From Nisaea sp. (GTDB taxonomy: Bacteria > Pseudomonadota > Alphaproteobacteria > Thalassobaculales > Thalassobaculaceae), in NCBI RefSeq assembly GCF_965216895.1, contig NZ_OZ244205.1, positions 34,791 to 98,790 of the forward strand: 64,000 nt of DNA, given 5' to 3'. Positions 19,906 to 31,040 of this stretch are shown here, piece after piece (positions within the stretch are counted from its first letter, which is position 1; the number at the start of each line of letters is the position of its first letter). The translations under genes were made by a program, and so were the position numbers. The notes beneath the pieces were generated by a model, which did not search any database, was not told the origin of the DNA, and saw only the letters and a program-made list of their open reading frames with translations.

Positions 19906-22900
19906 GTGCTGAGAAGAACCACCAAGATCGCCCTGGAAGTCGTGGCCGCGGTTTTCACGGGCCTCATCGTCCTCTCGGCCCTGGTATTCTGGCGTGCAAG
20001 CACGCAGCCGATTCCGCTGGAATTCCTGAAGGACCGGGTCGCCGCAGCACTTTCTCCGGCGGATCTCGGCACGGCGACGATCGGCGAACTCAGGATGGAA
20101 TGGCGCGGCTGGAGCCGGCTCTTCGAAGTCAGGGTCACCAGCCTCAAATTCGAGAACGAGGCGGGCGGCGTGATCCTCTTTGCCCCTTCTGCCGATATCG
20201 CGCTTTCCGGCCCGCGTCTCCTGCTCGGCGAAATCGCGCCTGTGCAGATCGCGGTCGATCAGCCGGTTCTCAATCTGGAGCGGCGCTCCGACGGCACCTA
20301 TCAGCTCTATGGCGCTCCTCCCGGGGACGAGGGAGCCATCGCGGGCGATCTCTTTTCCATTCTACAGCGGCCGACCGGAGACGGGGCTGCGGGGCTTGCC
20401 GGTCTTGAACGGCTGGAACGGCTCCTGCTCCGGCGTGCTACCGTGCGGATGACGGACCGCGCCGGCAGGCTAGACAATCTCCGCCTCTCCGGGCTCGATG
20501 GTGTGTTTGCGCGAGAACGTGACGGCTGGCGGGTGGAAGCCCGTGCAGACCTCACGCTCGGTGACGAAACCGTGGAGATTAGGGGCGACGGAAACTACTT
20601 TTTCCGCAGCCGGGAACTCGACGGCTCGGTTCTGTTTCAGGGACTGACGCCGGACCTTGTGCTCTCGCATCTGCCGCATTCACCGGTGGATCTCAGCGTA
20701 TCAAGTCGCCTCAGCGGCAGCATCGCCTTCTCGCTGGCGGATTTCCGCTCGCTGCTCAATGTCGACGTCATCGCTACCGCCGCGAAGGGGCAAGTGGCGT
20801 TCGGATCCGTTCTGCCGGCGCCGATTCCATACGACAGCTTGCGTTTCCAAATCGGTTACGACGCGCAGGACGACGCCGTGATGTTGCGCAATTTCGTTCT
20901 CGAACGGGGTGACATGACCGCGATGCTGAGCGGTTCCCTGCGCGATCTCGCGGCCCCCAAGCTGGAACTCAGGACCAAGGTCACAGGGATGCCGGTGAAT
21001 GAGGTCGAGGGGCTCTGGCCGGCGGATCTCTTCGAGTTGGCCCGCAATTGGACAACCAGGAACCTGCGATCGGGAACCATCACCGAAATGGTTGCGACCC
21101 TCGAAGGGCAACTGGACATCAGCGAGAAAACCCGCCTGCGTGACGTGTCGCTCCAGGGCTTCATGAATTTCGACGGGGTGACCGTGCACTACCTTCGTCC
21201 GCTGCCGCCCGCCCTCGGGGTGGGCGGCCGTGGAACCTTCACGGAGAAGCGCATAGACGTCGAAGTGACGAAGGGGCATCTCGACGACGTTCAGCTGCGG
21301 CGAGCAGATGTCTCGTTGACAGGAATCCATACGGTCAGCGACGACTTCGCCAGCATCGAGGCTGAAATCGACGGCCCGATCTCGGATATTCTCCGCGTTC
21401 TCGATACCGAGCCGTTCGGTTATGCGCGGGCGCTTGGCCTGGAGCCGGAGGAAGTCGGCGGAACGGGGGCGGGCATCATGCGCTTCGAGATGCCACTGCT
21501 CCGGGAAATGACCTTCGAGATCGTCGATCTCCAGGCCATGGGGCAGTTCACCGGTGTCTCGCTCCCGACCCGGACGACCCGGCTGCCGTTCGAGAACGGG
21601 ACTTTGTCCCTGGATCTCGACAAGACCGGCATGTTGCTCGACGGCACTGGCGATCTTTCCGGCCAACCGGCCCAGATCGCCTTTCTGCAATCCTTCGAGG
21701 AGGCATCCGAGATACACCGGCGCACCCACGTCATTGTGCGCCCCGACGTGGAAAAGATTGCGCAACTCGGTCTCGACATGCGGCGTTTCGCCGGCGGGGA
21801 GGTCGAACTTGATGCGACCATCGAGGAACCGCGCATCGGCGACACGCGGGTCGATCTGGTCATGGGGCTGCAGGAAACCGAGTTCAGGGTCAGCGAACTC
21901 GGTTGGGCGAAACCGGCGGGAGCGGCCGGGACATTCAGGGCCAAACTCAGGGCCCGAGACGACGCGGTCGTCGCAATCGACCAGTTCAGCGCCGCGACGG
22001 CGGACCTGGCCGCTTCCGGATCGGTGGAGTTCTCCGACACGACACGTCGGCCTTCCCGCTTCATGATCGACCGGCTTCAGCTCGGCAAGACGGATCTCTC
22101 CGGTGTCATCGCGGCCGACGGGGAGGGCGGCTACACGGCAAATGTGCAGGGGCCCTTTGCCGATCTGCGCAAGCTGGTCGAGGAATTCGACGAGAAGGAG
22201 GCGCCATCCAAGGTCCCTCTGGTTGTAAACGCCCGGATCGATCAGGTCCTGATCGGCAAGCTGGACCCGATGCAAGATGTGACCCTGCTGGTCGAAGATG
22301 ACGGAAAGGGACGGGTTTCTCTGGCGGCCAACGGCGTGATCGGTACCGAGCCCGCCGATTTTCTCTACTCCACGGCGACGGGGATACCGCATTTCGAGCT
22401 GACGACGCAGAACGCGGGGAACGTGATGAAGGCTTTCGAGGGCTTCGACTCGATCTCCGGCGGCAAGCTTGTGGCCTCCGGCGAGATGGAAGAGCGCGAC
22501 GGCGACCAAGGCTGGAACGTCTCGCTCACGGTACTCGATTTCGATCTGGTCGACGCACCCGTGATGGCGCAGTTGCTGAGCGCGGTCTCGATCACCGGGC
22601 TGCCGGCGGTGGTGCAGGGGCGCGGTGTGCATTTCGACCGGCTGGACCTGAACATGCACGTCAACGACGAGAAGCTTTCACTCGACCGCCTGCTGGCCCA
22701 GGGCGCTTCGCTCGGCATATCGGCCTCCGGCGAGATCGACCGGGTTATCGACGAGAGCGACCTGACGGGAATGGTGGTTCCCGCCTATGTGCTGAACCAG
22801 ATTCTGGGATCGATCCCAATTCTCGGCACGCTCCTCACCGGCGGCGAGGGCGAGGGCTTCCTTGCGTCCGAGTTCACCGTGAAGGGACCGCTGCAGCGCC

Positions 22901-23028
22901 CCGAGGTCACGGTGAACCCGCTGACGGCGCTGACACCGGGGATTTTCCGGAATCTGTTCCGGCTGGAGGACGCGCGTCCGAAAGATCCGGAGCCGGCCGA
23001 GTCGCCGAGTCAGGACCGCAGCCCCTGA
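19906..23028 (+). CDS. AsmA-like/YhdP-family (DUF3971) envelope protein
   Basis: N-terminal TM anchor, about 1040 aa beta-rich, AsmA-like C-terminus (GMVVPAYVLNQILGSIPILG...GP...PEVTVNPL); start uncertain (19843-19906). Confidence 0.8.
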   Translation: MLRRTTKIALEVVAAVFTGLIVLSALVFWRASTQPIPLEFLKDRVAAALSPADLGTATIGELRMEWRGWSRLFEVRVTSLKFENEAGGVILFAPSADIALSGPRLLLGEIAPVQIAVDQPVLNLERRSDGTYQLYGAPPGDEGAIAGDLFSILQRPTGDGAAGLAGLERLERLLLRRATVRMTDRAGRLDNLRLSGLDGVFARERDGWRVEARADLTLGDETVEIRGDGNYFFRSRELDGSVLFQGLTPDLVLSHLPHSPVDLSVSSRLSGSIAFSLADFRSLLNVDVIATAAKGQVAFGSVLPAPIPYDSLRFQIGYDAQDDAVMLRNFVLERGDMTAMLSGSLRDLAAPKLELRTKVTGMPVNEVEGLWPADLFELARNWTTRNLRSGTITEMVATLEGQLDISEKTRLRDVSLQGFMNFDGVTVHYLRPLPPALGVGGRGTFTEKRIDVEVTKGHLDDVQLRRADVSLTGIHTVSDDFASIEAEIDGPISDILRVLDTEPFGYARALGLEPEEVGGTGAGIMRFEMPLLREMTFEIVDLQAMGQFTGVSLPTRTTRLPFENGTLSLDLDKTGMLLDGTGDLSGQPAQIAFLQSFEEASEIHRRTHVIVRPDVEKIAQLGLDMRRFAGGEVELDATIEEPRIGDTRVDLVMGLQETEFRVSELGWAKPAGAAGTFRAKLRARDDAVVAIDQFSAATADLAASGSVEFSDTTRRPSRFMIDRLQLGKTDLSGVIAADGEGGYTANVQGPFADLRKLVEEFDEKEAPSKVPLVVNARIDQVLIGKLDPMQDVTLLVEDDGKGRVSLAANGVIGTEPADFLYSTATGIPHFELTTQNAGNVMKAFEGFDSISGGKLVASGEMEERDGDQGWNVSLTVLDFDLVDAPVMAQLLSAVSITGLPAVVQGRGVHFDRLDLNMHVNDEKLSLDRLLAQGASLGISASGEIDRVIDESDLTGMVVPAYVLNQILGSIPILGTLLTGGEGEGFLASEFTVKGPLQRPEVTVNPLTALTPGIFRNLFRLEDARPKDPEPAESPSQDRSP

Positions 23029-23053
23029 GCCTGCCCGGAGGCGACGACCTCGA

Positions 23054-24301
23054 TCAGACTTCCAGCAACACGTGCTTCTTCTTGCCCGAAGAGAGCTTGA
23101 TCACGCCGTCGGCGATGTCCCGGGTGCCGAGCTTCAGTGTCTCTTCGGACACCTGCACGTCGTTCACGCGCGCCCCTCCGCCCTTGATCAGCCGGCGGGC
23201 TTCCCCGTTGGTCGCGGCAAGGCCGGCGATCCGGAGCGCATCAACGATCCAGAGACCATCGGCGAGCTGGGCGCCCTCGACGGAAACGCGCGGCAGTCCG
23301 TCACCGAGGCTGCCCTGCTCGAAGGTCTTGCGGGCGGTCTCGGCGGCAGCTCCGGCATCGTCCTTGCCGTGCAGCAGCGTGGTCGCCTCGTTGGCGAGGA
23401 TCTTCTTCGCATCGTTCAGCTCCGCGCCCTCCAGCTTTTCCAGCCGGGCGATCTCATCCAGCGGGAGCTCGGTGAAGAGGCGCAGGAACTTGCCCACATC
23501 GGCATCCTCGGTATTGCGCCAGAACTGCCAGTAATCGTAGGGCGAGAGGCGTTCCTTGTTGAGCCAGATCGCCCCCTTTTCGGTCTTCCCCATCTTCTGC
23601 CCGGAGGCCGTGGTGAGGAGCGGCGTCGTCAGGCCGAAGACAGTCTGCTGATCGACCCTGCGAGCCAGTTCGACGCCATTGACGATGTTGCCCCACTGGT
23701 CCGAGCCGCCCATCTGCAGCTGGCAGCCGTAACGCCGCCGCAGCTCGAGGAAGTCGTAGCCCTGCAGGATCATGTAATTGAACTCGAGGAAACTCAGCGA
23801 CTGCTCGCGGTCGAGGCGCAGCTTCACGCTGTCGAAGCTGAGCATCCTGTTGACCGAGAAATGCTGGCCGATCTTGCGCAGGAACGGGATGTATTCAAGC
23901 CCGTCCAGCCATTCCGCGTTGTCGCACATGATCGCATCGCTCGCCTCGTCCCCGAAGGTGAGGAAGCGCTGGAACACCTTCTTGATGCCGTTCTTGTTGT
24001 GCTCGATATCCTCGTCGGACAACAGCTTGCGCGCCTCGTCCTTGAAGGAGGGATCGCCGATCTTGCTGGTGCCGCCGCCCATCAGGACGATCGGACGATG
24101 CCCTGATTTCTGCAGGTGCCGCAGCATCATGATCTGGATCAGGCTGCCGACATGCAGGCTGTCCGCCGTGCAGTCGAAGCCGATATAGGCGGTCACGACC
24201 TTGTTGCCGAGCAGTTCGTCCAGCGCCTCGGCATCGGTGCACTGATGCACGAACCCGCGCTCGGTCATGGTTTGCATGAAGCCCGACTTGAACTGGCTCA
24301 T
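23054..24301 (-). CDS. tyrS: Tyrosine-tRNA ligase
   Basis: [32 protein letters not shown]-terminal S4 domain. Confidence 0.97.
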   Translation of the reverse strand: MSQFKSGFMQTMTERGFVHQCTDAEALDELLGNKVVTAYIGFDCTADSLHVGSLIQIMMLRHLQKSGHRPIVLMGGGTSKIGDPSFKDEARKLLSDEDIEHNKNGIKKVFQRFLTFGDEASDAIMCDNAEWLDGLEYIPFLRKIGQHFSVNRMLSFDSVKLRLDREQSLSFLEFNYMILQGYDFLELRRRYGCQLQMGGSDQWGNIVNGVELARRVDQQTVFGLTTPLLTTASGQKMGKTEKGAIWLNKERLSPYDYWQFWRNTEDADVGKFLRLFTELPLDEIARLEKLEGAELNDAKKILANEATTLLHGKDDAGAAAETARKTFEQGSLGDGLPRVSVEGAQLADGLWIVDALRIAGLAATNGEARRLIKGGGARVNDVQVSEETLKLGTRDIADGVIKLSSGKKKHVLLEV

Positions 24302-24431
24302 GGTCGTGTTCCCGGTGAAGATGTGTCAGAATCCAAGGCGCGTGGACTTAGCACATGGCCCCCGGCGCCTCAACCGGAACCGCCGCTGAGGGACGCACGG
24401 ACGGACAGTTTTCGGGCGGAGCGGGTTTCAG

Positions 24432-25535
24432 GTGGAAGCGCGGAAGAGCTACAAGGCCATCGGATTGATGAGCGGGACTTCGATGGACGGCGTCGACGCG
24501 GCGCTGATCGAGAGCGACGGCGAGGGCTCCGTACACCGTTGCGGGTTCTTCAGTCTGCCCTACACGGAAGAGTTTCGCGGCCGCCTGAAAGCCGTGCTTG
24601 GCACTTCGGGCCCGCATCCGGATCTCGCCCGGGATTTGACGGAACGGCACGCGGATGCAGTCGCCGGTCTTCTGGAGCGCGAGGGCTGTCCCGCCGGCCA
24701 GATCGACGTGATCGGATTTCACGGCCAGACCATCCTGCACGAGCCGCATGTCCGCCGGACAGTGCAGATCGGGACGCCGGATCTTCTGGCCCGGATCACG
24801 GGACGGCCTGTCGTGTTCGACCTGCGGCTGGCGGATGTCGCCGCCGGTGGGGAGGGGGCGCCGCTGGTTCCGGTCTATCACCGGGCACTCACGCGCGCCC
24901 TGGGGACCACTGTCGCCGTGCTGAATCTGGGCGGGGTCGGCAATGTGACCTGGATCGACGGTAGTGACGGCGCCGGACCGGAGACGATGCTGGCCTTCGA
25001 CACAGGCCCGGCGAATGCTCCGGTGGATGATTTCGTTCGCCAGCGCCTTGGCGCGCAGTGCGACCTGGATGGCGCGCTCGCGGCAACCGGCGCGGTCGAT
25101 GAGGACCGGTTGTCGGCGCTCCTCGAAGATCCCTATTTCATGCGGCGCCCGCCCAAGTCGCTCGATCGCGACCATTTCGGCGCTCGTGCCGCGAAAGCCG
25201 TCGAAGATCTTGCCGATGCGGATGGCGCCGCCTTGCTGACCGCTTTCTCGGCGGCCTCGGTCGCGCTGGCGCAGCGGTGGTTTCCGCATCCGCCCGGGCA
25301 ATGGATCGTCTGTGGCGGCGGTCGGCGCAATGCCACGCTCATGCGGGAACTGGCAAACCGGCTCGACGCCCCGATCGTTTCCGCGGACAGCCTCGGCTGG
25401 AACGGTGACGCGGTGGAGGCCGAGGCGTTCGCCTATCTGGCGATCCGCAGCCTGCTCGGCCGCCCGCTGACCTTCCCCGGGACGACGGGGGCTCCCGTGC
25501 CGCAGACCGGCGGCACGCTGCACCGGCCCGACTGA
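24432..25535 (+). CDS. anmK: Anhydro-N-acetylmuramic acid kinase
   Basis: GLMSGTSMDGVD, GFHGQT, GGEGAPL, NLGGVGN, FDTGPAN, EAEAFA. Confidence 0.95.
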   Translation: MEARKSYKAIGLMSGTSMDGVDAALIESDGEGSVHRCGFFSLPYTEEFRGRLKAVLGTSGPHPDLARDLTERHADAVAGLLEREGCPAGQIDVIGFHGQTILHEPHVRRTVQIGTPDLLARITGRPVVFDLRLADVAAGGEGAPLVPVYHRALTRALGTTVAVLNLGGVGNVTWIDGSDGAGPETMLAFDTGPANAPVDDFVRQRLGAQCDLDGALAATGAVDEDRLSALLEDPYFMRRPPKSLDRDHFGARAAKAVEDLADADGAALLTAFSAASVALAQRWFPHPPGQWIVCGGGRRNATLMRELANRLDAPIVSADSLGWNGDAVEAEAFAYLAIRSLLGRPLTFPGTTGAPVPQTGGTLHRPD

Positions 25536-25544
25536 ACCCTCCGG

Positions 25545-26210
25545 CTACTTCGCTTCGACCAGCTGTTCCGTCTCCGGCAGCGACTTGTTGAGATAGTCGG
25601 TGACGATCTTGTTCACCTCGTCGAGATGCTTGCCGAAATAGTGGTCGGCATTCTTCACCAGAACATGATCGATGGTGATGCCCTTCTGGGTGGAGAGCTT
25701 GTCGACCAGCTTCTTGACCGAGTCCGGCGGTACCACTTCGTCGGAATCGCCATGCAGCATCAGCCCGGACGAGGGGCAGGGGGCGAGGAAGCTGAAATCG
25801 AACATGTTGGCCGGCGGCGCGATGGAGATGAAGCCGGTGATCTCCGGACGGCGCATCAGCAGCTGCATGCCGATCCAGGCGCCGAAGGAAAAACCGCCGA
25901 TCCAGCAATAGGGAGCGTTCGGATTGTAGGTCTGCAGCCAATCGAGGGCCGAGGCGGCATCGCTGAGCTCACCCTCGCCGCGGTCGAAGACACCCTGGCT
26001 GCGCCCGACGCCGCGAAAGTTGAAGCGCAGCGTCGAGAAGCCACGGTTCACGAAATTCTGGAACAGGGAATAGACGACCTTGTTGTTCATGGTGCCGCCA
26101 TGCTGCGGATGCGGATGCAGCAGCAGGGCTATGGGGGCGTTCTCTTTCTTGCTGTGGACATATCGTCCTTCGAGCCGCCCCTCGGGACCATTCATGATTA
26201 CTTCAGGCAT
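25545..26210 (-). CDS. Alpha/beta hydrolase (conserved family usually near isc/suf genes)
   Basis: HPHPQHGGTMNNKV, RFNFRGVGRSQG, GFSFG nucleophile elbow. Confidence 0.9.
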   Translation of the reverse strand: MPEVIMNGPEGRLEGRYVHSKKENAPIALLLHPHPQHGGTMNNKVVYSLFQNFVNRGFSTLRFNFRGVGRSQGVFDRGEGELSDAASALDWLQTYNPNAPYCWIGGFSFGAWIGMQLLMRRPEITGFISIAPPANMFDFSFLAPCPSSGLMLHGDSDEVVPPDSVKKLVDKLSTQKGITIDHVLVKNADHYFGKHLDEVNKIVTDYLNKSLPETEQLVEAK

Positions 26211-26567
26211 TCGATCCGTTCCTCAACACCGGCGGGCCGGTTTTTCCAAATCCGAGATGGGCTTAGGTGTCGCCATAATATTCTTTTCGCGACCCGGAAA
26301 TCAGCCGCCGCTATCCCGGTTTACTTTCATTAGGCGATGGCTGTAATCTCAATCTGACAGTCGGAGTCTGGCTTTAGCTCAGTCCGGCAGTTGAATTCAA
26401 GTGTAGCATTGCTGCCCTGAAACGGAAGCATGGCGCAATGCCGCGAGCGGTCAGCCGGTTCGACTGGCCGCGGGTACTGAACGGATGGGACCCCGTTCTG
26501 CTGAAAGTGATCGCCGATGTTGGGGGCTCGGCGATGGGTAACGTGTTCGGCACGGGGGTCTAACAAG

Positions 26568-26981
26568 GTGAAATTCAGTACTAAGGGGCGATATGCCGTG
26601 ATGGCGGTTTGCGATCTTGCGCGACACGACGATGGCCGGCCGGTCTCGTTGGCAGAGATCGCATCGCGACAGAAAATTTCAGTCTCCTATCTCGAACAGA
26701 TGTTTGCACAGCTCCGCAAGGCGCGTTTTGTCCGCAGTGTCAGAGGCCCGGGCGGCGGCTATCTGCTTGCCCTCGAACCGGACCAGATCAAGGTCTCCGA
26801 AGTGATGACGGCGATCGAGCAGCCGGTGCGCGGCAACAGTGACGATGACGGAATGTTCGCGACGCGGGGATGCGAAGACGACCCGACGAAGCCGCTCTGG
26901 GAGGAGGTCGGGCGTCAGGTTCTGGGATATCTCGAAAAGGTCACGGTCGAGGATATCGTCTCGGGACGGATACCGCATTAA
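26568..26981 (+). CDS. Rrf2/IscR-like regulator lacking most Fe-S ligands
   Basis: GTG start; STKGRYAV, SYLEQ.F..L, SVRGPGGGY.L; only one Cys in the ligand region. Confidence 0.88.
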   Translation: MKFSTKGRYAVMAVCDLARHDDGRPVSLAEIASRQKISVSYLEQMFAQLRKARFVRSVRGPGGGYLLALEPDQIKVSEVMTAIEQPVRGNSDDDGMFATRGCEDDPTKPLWEEVGRQVLGYLEKVTVEDIVSGRIPH

Positions 26982-26993
26982 ATCCGGAGATTC

Positions 26994-27022
26994 TTGACGG
27001 GGTTGTCTCGTCTGCCTATCTC
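26994..27022 (+). promoter_or_regulatory. Possible internal sigma70 promoter for the cysteine desulfurase
   Basis: TTGACG-N17-TATCTC. Confidence 0.35.
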
Positions 27023-27053
27023 GGCTGTGCGCTTCACCGGGATCCGGATTCTT

Positions 27054-28175
27054 ATGCCTGCTGCAATTTATGCCGATTACAATGCGACCGCGCCGCTCAG
27101 GGACGTTGCCATCGAGGCGATGACCGGGGCGATGCGGTCCGTCGGCAATCCCTCCTCTGTGCACGGGCAAGGCCGGGCGGCGCGCGCTGCGATCGAGAAA
27201 GCCCGCGCCCAGGTCGCCGCTCTGATTGGTGCTGCGCCTGACGCCGTGGTGTTCACGAGCGGCGGCACGGAGGCCTCGGCGCTGGCCCTGAGGGGGTCGG
27301 GGCGCCGTCATGTCGTGACCAGTGCCGTCGAACATGAAGCGGTCCTGGCGGCGGTTCCGGACGCGGTCCGGCTTCCCGTCGACCCGGACGGCATTCTCGA
27401 TCTCGATGCCCTCCAGTCTGCGCTTGAGACGCGAGGACCGGAGACGGTCGTCTCGGTGCAGTGGGCCAACAACGAGACCGGTGCCCTGCAGCCGATGGCA
27501 GAGATCGTCGGCGTCGCGCGGAAGTTTGGCGCCCTCGTGCATAGCGATGCGGTTCAGGCGGCGGGCAAGGTGGCGCTCGACGTGACGTCCGTCGGTGCCG
27601 ATCTGCTCTCGCTTTCCGCGCACAAGATCGGTGGGCCCGCCGGAGTGGGCGCGCTCTACGTCCGCGAGGGTCTGGATCTCGTGGCGCAGCAGTCTGGCGG
27701 CGGCCAGGAAAAGGGACGTCGCTCGGGAACCGAGAACAAGATCGGGATCATCGGGTTCGGCGCGGCAGCGGAGGCCGCGTGCGAGACGCTGGCCGATTGG
27801 GACCGGGTTGCCGGATTGCGCGACCGTTTCGAGGCTGCTGTCCGCGCCGCCGGTCCGGGCGCGCGAATATTTTCCGCCGCAGTGCCGCGGCTTCCGAACA
27901 CGAGCTGCGTCTCGCTCTCGGGCATGCGCGGCGAGACCCAGGTGATCGCCCTCGACCTCGCCGGTATCGCGGTCAGTTCGGGCGCCGCCTGCTCCTCCGG
28001 AAAGGTCCGCCGCAGCCATGTGCTAGACGCCATGGATCCGGGGTCGCCCGATGCGGAGTCCGCGATCCGGGTTTCCCTCGGCTGGGACAGCACGGATGAG
28101 GATATCGACAGGCTTGTCGGCGCGTGGTGCGATTTGTACAACCGGGCGTCAGCCGACGCGCAGCGATCCGCCTGA
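27054..28175 (+). CDS. iscS: Cysteine desulfurase (group I, IscS/NifS-like)
   Basis: [37 protein letters not shown] (PLP Lys), SSGAACSSG. Confidence 0.92.
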   Translation: MPAAIYADYNATAPLRDVAIEAMTGAMRSVGNPSSVHGQGRAARAAIEKARAQVAALIGAAPDAVVFTSGGTEASALALRGSGRRHVVTSAVEHEAVLAAVPDAVRLPVDPDGILDLDALQSALETRGPETVVSVQWANNETGALQPMAEIVGVARKFGALVHSDAVQAAGKVALDVTSVGADLLSLSAHKIGGPAGVGALYVREGLDLVAQQSGGGQEKGRRSGTENKIGIIGFGAAAEAACETLADWDRVAGLRDRFEAAVRAAGPGARIFSAAVPRLPNTSCVSLSGMRGETQVIALDLAGIAVSSGAACSSGKVRRSHVLDAMDPGSPDAESAIRVSLGWDSTDEDIDRLVGAWCDLYNRASADAQRSA

Positions 28176-28200
28176 AAGCCGAAACCCAACGGAGAGAAAT

Positions 28201-28521
28201 TTGCCCCGCATGACATTCATCGGCCGCGACGGCACCCCCCAGGACGTCGACGCGCCGCTCGGTTACACGCTGCTGCAGATTGCGCGCGAGAACGATGTGG
28301 ATATCGAAGGAGCCTGTGAGGGTTGCCTCGCTTGCGCCACGTGCCACGTGCATGTCGCGGCGGAGTGGTACGACAAGCTGCCGGCGCCAAGCGACGACGA
28401 GGAGGATATGCTGGATCTCGCCTTCAATCTTTCCGACACTTCCCGCCTCGGTTGCCAGATCCGGATTACCGAGGAGCTCGACGGGCTTGTCGTCACGCTG
28501 CCGCCGGACGGCTCGGCATGA
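28201..28521 (+). CDS. fdx: 2Fe-2S ferredoxin (adrenodoxin type)
   Basis: [14 protein letters not shown]...EEDMLDLA...SRLGCQI; TTG start behind GGAGAG. Confidence 0.92.
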   Translation: MPRMTFIGRDGTPQDVDAPLGYTLLQIARENDVDIEGACEGCLACATCHVHVAAEWYDKLPAPSDDEEDMLDLAFNLSDTSRLGCQIRITEELDGLVVTLPPDGSA

Positions 28522-29210
28522 GCGCTGCGCTCGTCCCGGGAGGAAGCTATCTCGACCGCCTGATCCGCTCCGCGCCCGCGGAATGGGCGGCCTATACCGA
28601 ACATCCCTTCGTTGCCGGCATGGCGGACGGCACGCTTCCGGAAGCGGCGTTCCGGCATTATCTCGGCCAGGACTATCTCTTCCTGATCCATTTCGCCCGC
28701 GCCTACGGGCTTGCCGTCTACAAGTCCGACCGGCTGGAGGACATGCGAGCGGCCTCCGCTGTGATCAGCGGCATTCTCGACGTGGAGATGGACCTGCACG
28801 TCAAGTATTGCGCCGGCTGGGGGCTTGCCGAGGCGGAGATGGCGGCCCTGCCGGAAGATCCTGCATGCATGGCCTATACCCGCTTCGTGCTGGAGCGCGG
28901 GATGGCCGGAGACGTCCTGGACCTGCATGTCGCGTTGGCGCCCTGCGTCGTCGGTTACGGCCTTATCGGCGCGCGGCTGGCAGCCGACCCGGCAACGAAG
29001 CGTGACGGGAATCCCTACCTCCCCTGGATCGAGATGTATGCCGGCGAGGAGTACCAGGACGTCGCCCGCGGCGCCGCGGCGCATCTGGAGGAACTGGCGG
29101 CCAGGCGCGGCGGCGAGGCGCGTCTTGCGGACCTCGCGAAGACATTCGCGGCGGCGACCGTGCTGGAGCGCGATTTCTGGCAGATGGGACTGAGTGCGGC
29201 CGACGCGTGA
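28518..29210 (+). CDS. tenA: Thiaminase II / TenA family
   Basis: [12 protein letters not shown]...FRHYL.QDYLFL..FARA, LAPC..GY, Y..WI..Y, E..FWQM; ATGA overlap with fdx. Confidence 0.9.
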   Translation: MSAALVPGGSYLDRLIRSAPAEWAAYTEHPFVAGMADGTLPEAAFRHYLGQDYLFLIHFARAYGLAVYKSDRLEDMRAASAVISGILDVEMDLHVKYCAGWGLAEAEMAALPEDPACMAYTRFVLERGMAGDVLDLHVALAPCVVGYGLIGARLAADPATKRDGNPYLPWIEMYAGEEYQDVARGAAAHLEELAARRGGEARLADLAKTFAAATVLERDFWQMGLSAADA

Positions 29211-29276
29211 CCCTGGAAGCTGGCATGCGCCGAGTTTGCTTGTCTCCGCCGCTGCTTTTCCTATATTGCGGCCATT

Positions 29277-30452
29277 ATGACCGCCACGAAGCTCAACTCG
29301 CTCGGAATTGCCAAGGCCCCGGAGGACACGCGCGTCGTCGTCGCGATGTCCGGCGGTGTCGACAGTTCCGTGACCGCGGCACTGATGGCCGAGCAGGGCT
29401 ATGACGTCGTCGGCATTACCCTGCAGCTCTACGATCACGGCGCAGCGCTTGCCAAGAAGGGCGCCTGTTGCGCCGGGCTGGACATCCATGACGCCCGCAA
29501 TGTGGCCGACAAGCTTGGTTTTCCGCATTACGTGCTCGATTACGAGAGCCGGTTTCGCCAGGAAGTGATCGACGATTTCGCCGACAGCTATCTGCGCGGC
29601 GAGACGCCGATCCCTTGCGTGCGCTGCAATCAGACTGTCAAGTTCCGCGACCTGCTGGCGACCGCGAAGGATCTGCAGGCGGATGTGCTCTGCACCGGCC
29701 ATTACGTGCGCCGGGAAGTGGGGCCTGCCGGCGCGGAACTGCACCGCGCGATCGACCCGCAGAAGGACCAGAGCTACTTCCTTTTCGCGACCACGCGCGA
29801 ACAGCTCGACTTCCTCCGTTTCCCGCTTGGCGGGATGGAGAAGGAGGAGACGCGGGAGCACGCCCGGCGTTTCGGCCTCGCCATCGCGGACAAGCCGGAC
29901 AGCCAGGACATCTGCTTCGTGCCGAACGGCCGCTATGCCGAGCTGGTCGAGAAACTGCGCCCCGGCGCGGCGGAACCGGGCGAGATCGTGCATCTCGACG
30001 GCACCGTCCTCGGCCGGCACGAGGGCATCATCCATTATACGATCGGGCAACGCAAAGGCCTCGGCATCGGCGGACGCCGGGACGAGGACGGCAATCCGGA
30101 CACCGAGCCGCTCTACGTGGTGAGGCTCGATCCGGCCGGCAAGCGGGTCATCGTCGGGCCGCGGGACGCGCTGGGACGGGACACTGTTTTTGTGAGCGAT
30201 GTGAACTGGCTCGGCGAGAGCCTGCCGGGCGATGAGGGTGTCGCCGTCGAGGTGAAGCTGCGCTCGGCCTCCGCGCCGACCCCGGCCCGCCTCTATACCG
30301 ATGCGAAGGGCGGCGGGCGTCTCGTGCTGGCGACACCGCAGCACGGCATTGCACGTGGCCAGGCGGCCGTCTTCTATGCGCCGGGTAACTCGAGCCGGGT
30401 CTATGGCGGCGGCTGGATCACCGGTACGGAAGAGCGCGCCGAAGCGGCCTGA
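29277..30452 (+). CDS. mnmA: tRNA 2-thiouridine(34) synthase
   Basis: [46 protein letters not shown]. Confidence 0.97.
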   Translation: MTATKLNSLGIAKAPEDTRVVVAMSGGVDSSVTAALMAEQGYDVVGITLQLYDHGAALAKKGACCAGLDIHDARNVADKLGFPHYVLDYESRFRQEVIDDFADSYLRGETPIPCVRCNQTVKFRDLLATAKDLQADVLCTGHYVRREVGPAGAELHRAIDPQKDQSYFLFATTREQLDFLRFPLGGMEKEETREHARRFGLAIADKPDSQDICFVPNGRYAELVEKLRPGAAEPGEIVHLDGTVLGRHEGIIHYTIGQRKGLGIGGRRDEDGNPDTEPLYVVRLDPAGKRVIVGPRDALGRDTVFVSDVNWLGESLPGDEGVAVEVKLRSASAPTPARLYTDAKGGGRLVLATPQHGIARGQAAVFYAPGNSSRVYGGGWITGTEERAEAA

Positions 30453-30458
30453 CCCGCC

Positions 30459-31040
30459 TCAGCCGAGATATTTCAACAGGGCGAAGCCGCCGACCAGCAG
30501 CAGGAAGCCCGCGGTCGTCCAGAGTCCGAGATTTTTCTCGATGGTGTTCTGCACCGCGGGACCGAAGCGCCAGCAGATTGCGGCGACCAGATAGAAGCGA
30601 AGGCCCCGCGCCAGGACCGAGGCGACGACGAAGATCAGCAGGTCGAGATGGGTGACACCGCTCGCGATGGTGATGACCTTGTAGGGGAAGGGCGTGATGC
30701 CGGCGCCGAACACGATCCAGGCACCCCACTCGTTGTATTGCGCGGTGAAGGACGCGAATTTCTCCGCATAGCCGTAGAACTCCAGCAGCGGCAGTCCCAC
30801 CGTGTCGTAGAGCAGTGCGCCGATCGCATAGCCGGCAAGACCGCCGAGCACAGAGGCGATGGTGCAGATCCCCGCCGCCTTCCAGGCGTTGTTTCTGTCC
30901 GCCAGAACCATCGGGATCAGCATGGTGTCGGGCGGGATCGGGAATACCGAGCTTTCGATGAAGGAAATCAGCGCCAGCCAGTAATTCGCCCGCCGGTGGG
31001 CGGCCGCCCGCATCAGGCGGTCATAGGTCGCTTGCAGCAT
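30459..31040 (-). CDS. YqaA/DedA-family membrane protein
   Basis: SFIESSVFPIPPD, SVLGG..GY, TPFPYKV.TI.SG, RG.RF. Confidence 0.9.
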   Translation of the reverse strand: MLQATYDRLMRAAAHRRANYWLALISFIESSVFPIPPDTMLIPMVLADRNNAWKAAGICTIASVLGGLAGYAIGALLYDTVGLPLLEFYGYAEKFASFTAQYNEWGAWIVFGAGITPFPYKVITIASGVTHLDLLIFVVASVLARGLRFYLVAAICWRFGPAVQNTIEKNLGLWTTAGFLLLVGGFALLKYLG

